Shown one piece after another: positions 39,199 through 57,968 of a stretch of DNA of 64,000 nucleotides (position 1 is its first letter; every line of letters begins with the position of its first letter). Source of the stretch: Salpingoeca rosetta (Eukaryota > Protista > Choanoflagellata); contig JAWQFM010000002.1 of NCBI GenBank assembly GCA_033442325.1, forward strand, positions 1,626,307 to 1,690,306, given 5' to 3'. The position numbers and the translations under genes were made by a program. Below the pieces are notes generated by a model, which was not told where the DNA came from, ran no database searches, and saw only the letters and a list, made by a program, of their open reading frames with translations.

Positions 39199-42100
39199 CA
39201 GGAACACGAGCAAAATTGGGCGAAGCGACTCTCTGCGTCCAGATTGCACGCAATGCCATTTCCCGCGTGGGGAAACAACAGCAGCAACAGCAGCAACAGC
39301 CACAGCAATGCTGTGAGCAGCAGCAGCAGCGTTCAGGGCGGTGGGGACGATTCGCGGTGGCCGCTGCTGCGGTACAGTGCTCCGGAGGTGCTTGAGGACG
39401 GCGAGTACACCACCAAGACGGACGTGTACGCGTTTGGTGCCATCATGTATGAGGTGCTGCATCTTGGCCAGCCCTTTCCAGTGCAAGGAAGAACGCCATT
39501 AGAGGCGGCGGCAAGCGTGCGTGCAGGCACGCCCAACCTGCAACCATCCACTCACATGCCGCCAGTCTTGTTGTCCGTGGTGCGCCTGTGCACACATGTG
39601 CAGCCGCGCTTCCGGCCCACATTCGAGGCCCTGCACACCAAGTTGACATACACGCTTGACAGCAGTGGTGCAGCACCGCCTGGCCCGTACACAGACCACC
39701 GCGACGCGGACACGCTGGACGTGTTCGCGACCGAGCAAGGGGCTGTTGGCGCCACTGCCATGCCCGGTACTGGCCCGCCACGGCAGGCGTCACTGGCTGC
39801 GCTGCGGCGGGTTGACGGCGCACATTTGCACGTGCAATCACTGCTGCGGATGCACACCCACGTGGCTGCATTTGTCACCAACCGTCAGACACGTAAACAA
39901 GGCCTGGTGCTCGCGCGACCACACACGGCCAGCGACAATCACTTCAAGGGCAACAACGACCACGGTGATGGCGCAAAGGCTCTCGATGCCGACTACCGGC
40001 TGTTCACTCGCCTGTTGCGCGGTGACGCGCGTTTCCTTCCAATCACCGGGATGGCACTTGGCGTGCCGCTGCCGCCACATCGCGAAGGGGGCGGTGCCAT
40101 GAGCGTGAACGGCCTGCTCGTGTCGTTGAGTAGCTGCCAGCCACTTGCGGAGCGGTTGAAGAGTCTGCAGACAGGCACTGCGACGCAACACACCCCGGCG
40201 CCAACCAGCAACAGCAAAAATGTGGAGGTGGGTGCGTCCTTTGTGAAGCAGGTACTCTTGGACCTGTGCTTGAGCCTGGAATTCCTGTGCGTCAACAAGT
40301 GCGACGTCAGCCACGTGTGCCTTCAGCTGCTGTTCGTGCAGGAGGAGCGGCTGGCCATGGCGCTGGTGCCTGTGCCTGCAGGCAACGGCGGTGGCGAGAG
40401 CAGCGAGCACCTTGCCCTGGGAGTTTTGCAACGCACGACGGCACAAGTGTGGCAGCGGCTGCCACGTGGGGTTCAGGGCGTGCTGCACGGGGCCCTTCAG
40501 CCGTTGCTGTCCCAGCCGACAGGAATCAGCCAGCAGTCGTCATCACCGCCACCACGAGGGGTTCGCTCGCTCGCAGAGGCGGTGATTCTGCTGCAACGGG
40601 TGAGCAGCAGCGACAACGGCGAAGTGGACTGGTCGCAGCTTGAGTTTGTCAAGGAGCTTGGATCCGGCCAATTTGGGAATGTGCAGCTGATGACACTGCA
40701 CCGCAAGAGGCCGCGCGGTGGTGCTGGTGAAGTCGCGACGACAACGTCCACAGCAGCAGCAGCAGCAGCAGGCTGTATGCTGGTGGCGGTGAAGACGCTG
40801 CTCGATGACTCGTGCGCTACCGAGTTTTTGGAAGAGATGAGGCTCATGCGTGACATTCACCATCCAAACTTGGTGAGCATGCTGTACAGCATCACGAAGG
40901 ACAACCCGCTCGGAATTGTGTTGGAGTACTTGCCCCACGGAAGCCTGGAGGACTGGCTCGCACTGCCCACCACAAACCCGAGCGTCGAGGACACGGTGCT
41001 CATCCTGTACCAGGTGGCGTGCGGGGCTGCTGAGCTGGGGCGCCTGGGCATTGTGCATCGCGACATTGCTGCGCGCAACGTGCTCCTGGGCCGGAACCTG
41101 CAGTGCAAATTGTCGGACTATGGACTGAGCCGGGTCATGCAGGTTGGAAGCGATGATGACGCCGTGTACTACACCGTCGAAACCAACCGCTCTCTGCCCC
41201 TCAGGTTTGTGCCCTGTTGAAGAAGAAGATGGATGGGTGGGTGGGTGGGTGGGTGAGTGGAACCAAGGTGTGAATATTGTATGGAACATGCATTGTGTGC
41301 GGTCCTACTCGGGACTCACTCGCTCTCACACACGCATGCCCACTTACGTGTTCACGCGTAACACATGCACACACGCACGATCACGTGTGCACACACACAC
41401 CTACACACACACATACCTGCACACGCACACGCACACACACGCACACACACGCACACGCACGATCATGCGCGCACACACACACACACCTACACATACCTGC
41501 ACACGCACACGCACACACACGCACACACACGCACACGCACGCACAAACACACACACGCACACACACACGCTCAATGATGCCTGCGGTTGTGTGTTTCGAC
41601 CGCTGCAGATGGATTGCGCCGGAGGTGCTGCTGGCGAAGAAGTTCACGACAGCGTCGGACGTGTATGCATTTGGCATGCTGCTGTTTGAGGTGCTGACCA
41701 AAGGCGAGCTGCCTTTTGCGGAGATGGATGACAAGGCTCTCGTGCTGCACCTGGCTGGCTTTGCCCGTCGCGTACAAACAGAGTCCCCTCCACCACGTGC
41801 ACCATCAGCCAAACCCGACTCCGCCTACCCACCCGTGCTGGCTGCACCTCCACACACCAACCATGCCCTCGCTGCGCTCTTCTACACCACCACGTGCGCG
41901 TGGCCAGCCGCCCGCCCAACGTTCCTGGACATCATCGCCATGCTCGCGCCGCACAATGTCGACCTGGTGCTGCAAGGGATTCTTCCCTCCACAGCAGCGC
42001 CAACACCAGCAGCGCCGCTCGAACGGCCGGCATCTGCCACTGCTGCTCCTACACCTGTTGCTGCTGGTGCTGCCATGACGCTTGCCAACACGTACCGTAC

Positions 42101-42224
42101 CCTCACTCCCAATCCACACCAGCCGTCACAGCAGCGCCTGATGTTTGCACAACACCAGAGCCAGAACCAGCAGCAGACACATCCTGTTGGTGATGGTGAT
42201 GATGATGACGAATCACATTTGTAG
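36150..42224 (+). CDS. Receptor tyrosine kinase: signal, Cys-rich/LRR, LDLa, TM, pseudokinase, degenerate kinase-like region, active TK
   Basis: Exons ~36150-37645, 37953-41204, 41609-42224 (start could be ATG 35991, 36150 or ~36206). LRRs ([28 protein letters not shown]); LDLa ([17 protein letters not shown]); TM ([23 protein letters not shown]); kinase 1 with LGRGRFG/HRN/GFA/APE; C-terminal kinase [38 protein letters not shown]. Confidence 0.92.
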
Positions 42225-42588
42225 GATTTGTGTTTTGAGTTTGTGATTGTGTGAGTGAAGAGTGTGTGTGTGTGTGTTTCAGTGAGTAGATAGAGTGTGT
42301 GTGTGTGTGTGTGTGTGCGTGTGTCAGTGAGTGTATGTGTAGATTTGCATCGAAACGTGTTTGGGAGGTGCTATTCTGGATTGACTGTAGATTGTTTCGC
42401 ATTTGCACCATAGCTTTTTATTGCTTTGTGTAGAGCATGCCTGTAACAGCCACATACAAGCGCCACGTGGTATTTGAATGGGCAGTGTGCCAGAGTAACA
42501 AACCACAACCGCACGAACGTAACACATTCAACCAATCAAAGCCACAAACGAACGTCGCACATTTCCTTCCATGCTCTCTGTTCCGTAG

Positions 42589-49070
<6,482 letters not shown>

Positions 49071-49212
49071 CAACGCGCACACCACACACCACAACAGCAA
49101 CACAAGCAAGCAAAACCGTGATCGCACGACGAACAACATAGCGCACAACAAGAAGGCGATCGCAAAACAGCACCGCCACGCAAACGAGCAAGCAACATTG
49201 TCGACACCAGCC

Positions 49213-51002
49213 ATGGCGTCGTGGCCAGCTGGCCTCGGCGTGGATGAATGGGCGATTGTGGCACGGCACCTGCCCGATCTCCCCGTGGCTGCAGGTGGCT
49301 GCGAGGGCGATGAGAGCCTCGACGGCGACAATGATGATGATCGTCATTTTCCCGCCAAGACCCGCGACATCAACGCCCTCGTGTCGATGCGAGCATTCTT
49401 CAACCTCATGCTGACATGCCGCAACCTGTACCACAATCTGCCAAACGCCATGCCGCGGTGGTGCTTCAGCGGCCACTTCGGGCCAGGCGTGGTGCAAGGG
49501 TTCATTGAGCCAGATGTGGAGGCGAGCAGGCGCTCCGGCGACCGCGCCTTTGACGTGGATGTCTGGCTGGAGGAGCGCTTCCTCGTGTACTCGTGGCTGG
49601 GAGCAACCTGGGCATGCAACTGCGCCTTCCTCCAACGGCAGCGCCCCTTCTCCGAAGCGTTTTGCACCGCGTTTGCGACCTGCAGCCGCGTCGTGTTCTC
49701 GTCCCAGTCTGCCATTGATCTCTGGAACTCAAAGTTCAACCTGTCGACACACGCACACTCAGCCACAACCACTGCGCAGCAAACTGCCGCCGAGCCAGAC
49801 GCGCGAGGCAAGGCGCCAGCACCAGCGCTGGCAGCAGAGCCAACGCGCGCAGATAAGCCTGCTTCCGCGGTTGTTGCGGCCGGTGATGCCAACCCACCCG
49901 CGCACGCCAGCTCCAATCTGATGGGTGCTGATGCCACAACCACAACATTGTCTACAACGACAACAACCACCACAGCGACGACAACAACAATAACAGCCTC
50001 GACTACAACAGCAACAACAACTTCGACAACGACCACTACGATGTCAACAACCACAACAACGACATCGACGATGGCGGGTGCGCCTGTCCTCCGCCCGGCC
50101 TTTGCGACACTGGTGGCTTGGCTGGAGACGCAATCACAAGTGGACGCGTGCATGCGTGCCTTGAAGGTGCTTGGCTGTGCCAACACACAGCTGCACGCCG
50201 TCGTGCTCGTGGAAACGCTGCACATTACGTGCAAACTGCAGTATCTTCACATGCAATCCAGGCCAATCAGAACCCTCGCCTGCAACGGCAATGTGTCACG
50301 AATCAGTTGGCACGTCCACACGCACCAGCAGGCCATCGCGGGCGACTTTCGCGGTGTCGACCAGGTCATGCTGCGTGCCATGTGTATCGGTCGAGCCACG
50401 AGGCTGCGTAGCATCGATGGACTAGACGGCGTCCCCCGAGTGAAGCTCGTATGCGTGGCGCTCGCAAGCGTGGCACCGCTGGCCAGGGCAGAGCGCGTGC
50501 ACCTGAACGACGTCAGCGTGGCGGACATCACCCCACTGTGCAATGTGCCCCATCTCACCCTCTACATGTGCAAGCGGCCATCCCACGCCGACCTTCGCCT
50601 CGCAGCCACGCACATCAGCCTGACTGGTGTCAGCTCCCTCACGGGCACATTGCATGTGCCAAACGCAACGCACATCCACCTTCAAGGCTGCAGTGGCCTC
50701 GAGGGCCTTGCATGTGGGCCGCGGCTGGAGTCACTGCACATGCAGCGCTGCCCGAAGATCCGCTCCCTCCCTCCTTTCGAGCGTGTCCAGCAGCTGGCGA
50801 CCGATGTGCCGCTCACTGCTGACGTGGCAGCGGCGCTCGTGGGGCGGGTGGAACGGCTCTCTGTGCAACTCACCTCACAGTCCTCGGCACAAGCAGCCCT
50901 GCGCTGCCTGCAAGCAATCCCTGCCCGCGCAAGCACGAACGATGTCGGCGATGCGGGCGAAGTTGGTGGTGAGGATGGTGGTGGGAATGGGGACTTTGTT
51001 GG

Positions 51003-51068
<66 letters not shown>

Positions 51069-52151
51069 CGACGCTGGAAATGATGGTGGTGTTGGTGATG
51101 ATGGTGATGATGGTGTTATGGAGATTGCGATCACTTTTAATGACAGTGATGATGCGAATGATGGTGATGATGTCGTTGTTGTTGTTACACACAGTGGCCG
51201 TGGTGGTGGTGGTGGTGCTCGCAGCAGTGGCCACAGTGTTGCTCGCAGCAGCGGCCACAGTGTTGCTCGCGGCAGCGGCCACAGTGTTGCTCGCGGCAGC
51301 GGCCACAGTGGTGCTTGCAGCAGCGGCCACAGTGTTGCTCGCAGCAGCGGCCACAGTGTTGCTCGCGGCAGCGGCCACAGTGTTGCTCGCGGCAGCGGCC
51401 ACAGTGGTGCTTGCAGCAGCGGCGGTGCTCGTGAGGAGGGCACGTGGGTGGATGTGCAAGGGTGCCCGATCCAGGACATTCACCGCGTGCTGCCTCCCTG
51501 TGTGAATGCGATTGAGGTGAATGCGCATCCACGCCGGGGCATGGGCGGCCGCCTACCCCCGCTGCGATCATCGCTGTTTCAACACGTGCGGGAGCTTCGC
51601 CTGCGCAGCCGAGACGGCGCGCTGGCAATTGATGCGAGTGAGCTGTCTGCACTACCGCACTTGCGACAGCTGTCCCTCGTCGGCTGTGAGCTCACTGGCG
51701 GGGTGCTGGCCGGCTTTGAGCGCGTGGATATGAACAAGTGCTTTGGCAGCGTCTCTGTGCGACACGTGAACGTGCTTCGATGCTGTGTGCTGACTGCCAC
51801 GATGATGTTTGTGGAGGTTGCGCACGTCAAGGTGTTGCTGCTCGGTGCGTGCCACGACATGGTACTGCGGGCCACGCGTGATGTCGACACGTGCCGCGTG
51901 ACGCACTGCACCGTCAAGGACTGGTCTGGCTATGCTGGCATTCGCCGCTTGGGTGTGTACTCAACGCAACTGCGCAGCTTCAACATGCCGCAGCTGCCCA
52001 TGCTGCTGACGGTCAAGCGCTGCCAAGACGACTCCATCCGCGCGCACTTCAATTTCTCGCTGGTCGGCCGGACGAGGAAGGAGGTGGTCACCGACCTCCT
52101 TGCGCAGCGGGCGCAGCGGCGGCTGCGCAGCCGTGGCGAAGGCGGACAGTA

Positions 52152-52182
<31 letters not shown>

Positions 52183-52260
52183 TACGACAGCTACAATGAC
52201 GATGACGATGATCGTGATGGTGAGGACGAGGACGAGGGCGGGGACGAGGACGATGTGTAA
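49213..52260 (+). CDS. Intronless F-box-like / degenerate LRR protein with poly-T, poly-D and tandem repeats
   Basis: ORF 48940-52260, likely ATG 49213. LGVDEWAIVARHL is F-box-like; LRR-like units LRSIDGLDGVPRVKL, LESLHMQRCPKIRSLP, LPHLRQLSLVGCEL; acidic tail. Confidence 0.65.
51002..51072 (+). repeat. (GAT)n coding poly-Asp tract
   Basis: ~23 Asp codons within the ORF. Confidence 0.95.
51217..51423 (+). repeat. Coding 24-bp minisatellite (A[R/C][S/G]SGHS[V/G]) x ~8.5
   Basis: Units of GCTCGCAGCAGCGGCCACAGTGTT and variants, visible directly. Confidence 0.95.
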
Positions 52261-52479
52261 GGGCAGTAGGGCGATGGAGATGTGTTAGCGAGAATTAGTA
52301 GTTGTAGTGTCAAAGAAGGGCTGTGCCTGTGTGTTTTTTTTTTTTTTTTGAATTGCTCCGTAGCTGGCGCCGATGATCCTAATAATGGTCAGACCTCCAC
52401 CCTGCCTATTGCACTCTCCTACCGCGTGATCAGATGACGACTTGTTTCACGTCGTTGCTCTGGTTTACATCCATATGCG

Positions 52480-52537
<58 letters not shown>

Positions 52538-52890
52538 TACACACACGTGTTGTCGACCATCTCTGGGTTCATTGTGTTGAAGTCTGTGTGGCTTATAGTC
52601 CGTTGGGGTGAGCGCCCTTCGTTAAAGATGTACACCCCCATATCTCTTCGCCAAGGAGTGGAAGGAGAGGGGGGGGGGTGGTAGGAAGGAGTGAGAGGCG
52701 ATGTTGACTTGCTTGCTGTGAGCGTGGGAGGACGTGGCTGGTGTCTGTGTGTTAATCTTGCATGGAACCATTTTTGGGCAGTCGTGCACTGCTGCAGAAA
52801 GGAGAGTCGCCAACGACCACGCAAACAACACCCCACCGCACACTCACTTGCCACAGAGCAGCAGCAGCACCCAACAGCGGCTGAGGCAGC

Positions 52891-55601
52891 ATGGCCCGAA
52901 CACCACGAAGGAAGGGTGGCCGTAGTGCTACTGGTGGCGCAGCAGCAGGGCGTGGTGGCGCTTCCTCCACTGGAACAGGCAGTGGCAGTGTTGATGAAGG
53001 CGTCCAGTGGAAGATTGGAGAGCAGGTGGTCGCACTGGACCAGACGCTCATGTGGTACCCGGGCAAGATCATTCGGGTCAAGCAGGCCAAGGCCGCTGAC
53101 GGCACACCCGTCAAGAAGTACCGCATCCACTTTCGCGGCTGGGGAAAGTAAGTGACTCGCGCACCAGGCCAAACAGAGGCCGACTCACACACCAGGCCTA
53201 ACAGATGCCGACTCGCAACACTCCGTGTGTCTGTGTGTGTGTGTCTGTCTGTCTGTCTCTCTGTCTCCCTGTCTCCCTGTCTCTCTGTCTCCCTGTCTCC
53301 CTGTCTCTCTGTCTCTCTGTGTGTCTGTCTGCGGACCTTCGGCGCCCCCTGACTCACAGCAACCATGCCTTTGTGTTATCTCGTTCTTGTTCAGGCGGCA
53401 TGACATTTGGACCACCCCAGATGAAGGCCGTGTCAAGTCGCCGGCTGTCGTGAATCCTGAGGGAACGGTGAGCAAATGCACATGTGCCGATCAGCAAGCC
53501 AAGAAGCATATCGCAACCTGGCGTGCGCATGCTTCCATTGTTTGCGTGCAGGCATGTTGTTAAACCTTTCCTCTTGCCTACGTCACTGCTGTCTCGACAC
53601 TCACGGCGTGGCATCGTGTCACCTCATGTATGGATGAATGCGCGCACTGCTGCAATCGGAACCAAACAGCAACAACAGCATGACGACTTCTGCTTCGTAT
53701 GCGGGGCAGTCGATAGGTCCCTCATCAAATGCCAAACATGCCCAGCAGCTGTCCATGCCACCTGTGTTCCTGAAGCGACCACGGATCGCCCTTTCTTCTG
53801 CGGTTACACCAACGCTTGCTCAGACCCAGCTCAAGTGGTATGGCAAGCGTGTTCCCATTGCTAATTGCATCTACGTATGTGCGTGTGTGTTTGTATCAAT
53901 GTGTATGTATGTGTGTGTGTGTGTGGCTCCACCCGCCGTATATGCACCAACCATCGTCATCATTGCCGCCTCCCCCATGGCCTCATCGTGCGTCAATGTG
54001 TTCTGCAGCACAAAACCATGGGCCCGCTCTTCATGCGGCAGAAGCACCCGCGCGTTGATCCATCAGCCAAGCCGTCAGTGTCTGTGTCTGTGTCTGTGTG
54101 TCTGTGTCTGTGTCTGTGTGTGTCTCGTCTTCTCTGGCATTCCTCGACCTGCCTGCCTACCTGCCTTCCTGTCTGCTTCCAGCTTCTTGCCCTTTCCCCC
54201 CTCCCCTTCCTGCATGCCAACCCGTGTGTGGCGCTCGCAGTGCTTGACACGACCTGGTACCCTTCCTCACATGTCATGGCGACCACAATGCATGCGCTTC
54301 AGACCATCGCCCTCCCCTCGCGTCTCGACTGCCGCCCGCATCATTTTCGAAGGCGCCGCCACCATCGCTGATCGCACACACGAGGAATCCAATGGCACCA
54401 GCAGTGACGGCACGCACGCGCGAAAGCGTGCAAAGTCAACACGTACGCGAAGATCGCGAACACAGGTGCAGCATTTGGAGGAGGAGAGAAACGCGCTGAC
54501 GGCAGCAAAGCACAGGCTCGGCCAACAAGTGATGCAGCAGCTGCAGCAGTTTGCACAACAACAACAACAACAACAACAGCAGCAGCAGCAGCAGCAGCAG
54601 CAGTCGTCCCCTGTCGTGGTCACGGCGCCACCACGTGAAGCTGACGCTGGCAGTGGCAACGTCACACCCGCGTCTGCAGCACAACGCACACGCCGACGGC
54701 GGGAAGAAAGTTTCCATCGCGCCAACCCCGCACCACCAACACGAACATCGGCGCGGAACCGAAGAACTGCACCGTTACCACCACCATCTTCCTCTTCCTC
54801 GTCATCCTCGTCATCCTCCGCTGCGATGCCTGTGACGGTGGGGGCACTGCCGCAACGCGTGCGTGACGTCGTTGCTCCCTTGGCAGACGCGTCCTACGCA
54901 GACATTGTTAAGGCTGTCGTGCACGCCCGCGCCGGCAACAGCAACAGCAGCAGCCTCTCCGCAGTCGTCACTGACAGTCGCAATCGCAATGGAAATTCCA
55001 GCAGCAGCAGCAGCCGTCGTGGTCGTCGAAGCCGCGGTGCTATCGCTGCTGCTGGTGCGAAGGACCGCAATGTCAATGCTGGCAGTGCTCATAGCACGGC
55101 TCACGTGAATGGTAATACAGGAGCGGATGGTGGCAGTGGGCGCCAAACACCACGGACTCGCACTCGCCGCGCCTCTGCATCAACGATGGTGGGTCTGTGT
55201 GTGTGTGTGGGGGGGGGGGTGTGGGTGTGTGTGTGTGTGCGTGTGTGTGTGTGTGTATGCTTTGTGTGCTTTGTGTATGTCTTTGTGTCTGTGTGCCTGC
55301 ACATCCGCATCCATGTCTGCCCATGAACGCATTTATATCCATGCTAACTCGAGTGCGTGCAACTTCCCCCCGCCCCCTGACCTCTCGCTGCACATACAGG
55401 GCACGCCACTGCCTCCCGTTACGCTCAACTCTGAGCTCAGTGAGCTGCTTGGCTGCGTGCTGTCCAATCGGTTTGTCGGTGAGGGCATGGTCACGGGTCA
55501 TGTTACGGAGCTGCTGCCCACATCCGAGCAAGTCAAGGTACCGCACCCCCGCGTTGCGCGAGATACGGGAAGAGGGAGAATTCACGTTGTGTGGGTCTGT
55601 A

Positions 55602-55663
<62 letters not shown>

Positions 55664-57082
55664 TGTGTGTCTGTGTGTGTGTGTGTGTGCGTTTGTGTGT
55701 GTCTGTGCGTTTGTGTGGGTCTGTATTTGTGTTTGTGTGTGTGTGTGTCTGTGTGTCTGTGTGTGTCTGTGTGTGTCTGTGTGTGTGTGTGTGTGTCGCG
55801 CATGCAAGTGTTGTTGGTGTAACTGCGTTGCTGGCTGCTGCTTGTGCTGTGGGTGTGTGACAGGTGAAATACGACAACGGCCGCGAGGAAATTGTGTCTC
55901 GCATCCCAGCGCTGCGTCTCATCATGCGCCATCGCGTACGTATTGTGTGAAGCTCACCATGTCACCATGTCATCATGTGAGCATGTGTGTGTGTGTGTGT
56001 GTGTCCTTGTACGTGTTGCACTGATGCCTGCACGCTTCATACCCCACACCTCATACCATGCCCCACACCACACCACTACCGCCCGCCAGTCGATGGAGCG
56101 GCGCCGTGCCCGTGCAGAACGCGGCTCACTCGGAGACGGTCACAGTGTCATCGATGATGACGATGACGATGAAGATGAAGACGACGAAGATGAAGGCGAC
56201 GATGGTGGTGTACACGACAGTGCCCAGAGTGGCGAGTTGGCGACAGGAGAACGTGGACCACAGACAGCAGCGGTGATGCAATCCGCGCGCGGCACGACGG
56301 GCGCTGCAGCGACAAAAGCACCACAGGGAACGGGTCGAGCTGGTGGAAGGAAGAAGCGGGCGAAGGGAACGCCAAAGGCCAACAGCGGCATGGCATCGTG
56401 GGTGCAGAGCAGGTCCCCCAACACGCGCTCACTGCGAAGACGAGCCGCGGACAATGGCGCCACCATCACCGCCTCATGCTTCTCCAGCACCACTACCACC
56501 AGCACCAGCAACACAATGCAAGCTGGGGCTGCGAATGGTGCGCTTGCTGCCCACGTCAACCATGGCGAAGATGGCAGTGGCGCGAACGGCGTCAACTTGC
56601 ACCATGATCATGATGGGGATGATGAGGATGACACCGGCGATTATGATGACGCTGGTGACGATGGCGACAACAGCCGTGTTGGTGATGGGGATGCGTATGC
56701 CCATGGTGATGGCGGTGGCTCCACAGCACAGGCGCTGGCAGCGCGCGTAGCGGCGGCTGAGCGCGAGAGAGACGAGTGGAAGAGCAAAGCGCTCAAGTTT
56801 GAGTCGGAGCTGTTTGTGCTGCGGCAGAAGCTGAAGGGCGTGGATGAACTGCACGGGCTCATGACCTCCATCCTTCACCCGAAAAAGCGGTCCATGATGT
56901 CGCTGAGCGTGGCTGCACTCTCACCGTCAACCCCGGCACCAACATCATCACCAGTACCAACAGCACCAACAACAACATCACCAACATCAACACGAGCGCC
57001 AACAGCACCACCGTCATCGTCATCATCTCGACGGAGGGCAACGCGAACCGCCAACGGCACCGCTTCTGCACCGGCCCATTGA
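52891..57082 (+). CDS. Chromatin reader: Tudor-knot/chromo-barrel, PHD finger, second Tudor-like domain and coiled coil; multi-exon
   Basis: WKIGEQVVALDQTLMWYPGKII..YRIHFRGWGK|RHDIW (chromo-barrel); HDDFCFVCG..LIKCQTCPAAVHATCV..FFC (PHD); GMVTGHVTELL..VKYDNGREE (Tudor-like); ERERDEWKSKALKFESELFVLRQKL (coiled coil); stop at 57082. Middle exons uncertain. Confidence 0.78.
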
Positions 57083-57736
57083 CGCGTGTGCACGTGTGTC
57101 TGTCTGTCTGTCTAGCTGGTTGGCTAATTGGCTGGCTGATTGGCTGTCTGTCTGTCCGTCTGTCCGTCTGTCCGTCTGTCTGTCCCCTCTTTGTCCTCCT
57201 GTCCCGCTCTTTGTCTACGTCGTTGTCTGCCTGTCCACCTGCTTGACTGCCTGCGTGTCTTTGTCTTTGTCTGTGCCTGGACCTGGACCTGTTGCATGCC
57301 ACTTGTTTGCCTGCGTATCCATTTGTCTGCCCATATCAGCGCCCCCACCCCCACCCCCACATCGGCATGTGCCTTGCGGCAGAGGGTTCCTTGTGTAGCT
57401 GACGTGAATTGATTTGAAGGCTGTCATACCACGCGCTTTGTTAGTTCACATTGCTTCTGGTGTTTCCCCACAACTGATAGACGGCATAGCTGATCGGACA
57501 CAACGGCACAACGAAGCAAACATACACACAGGAACTCGCACGGGAAGAGAGGAAAGGGGAGGGGGATAGCATGGCAGGCAGGAGAAACCTGGGATTGCTG
57601 GAGCTACAAGGCGCACAGGAAGGAAGGGGAGCAGTGGGGCAACGGATAACGTCGACATGTTGCAGGATCACAACATGGGAATGGGGGCTACAAGCAAGCA
57701 AACAATGCAAGACAAAACGAAGAGGTTATGTGTTTT

Positions 57737-57807
<71 letters not shown>

Positions 57808-57816
57808 GTGTGTGTG

Positions 57817-57892
<76 letters not shown>

Positions 57893-57968
57893 GTGGGGTG
57901 TATGGTTGAGGGCATGAGAGAAGAAGAAAGCCAACCCACCAGCAAAGCCAGGCAAGCGGGAGGAGGCA

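Noticed and set aside
52350-52445. Possible tRNA or snoRNA in intergenic DNA
   Set aside because: No cloverleaf and no convincing C/D box pair with a terminal stem.
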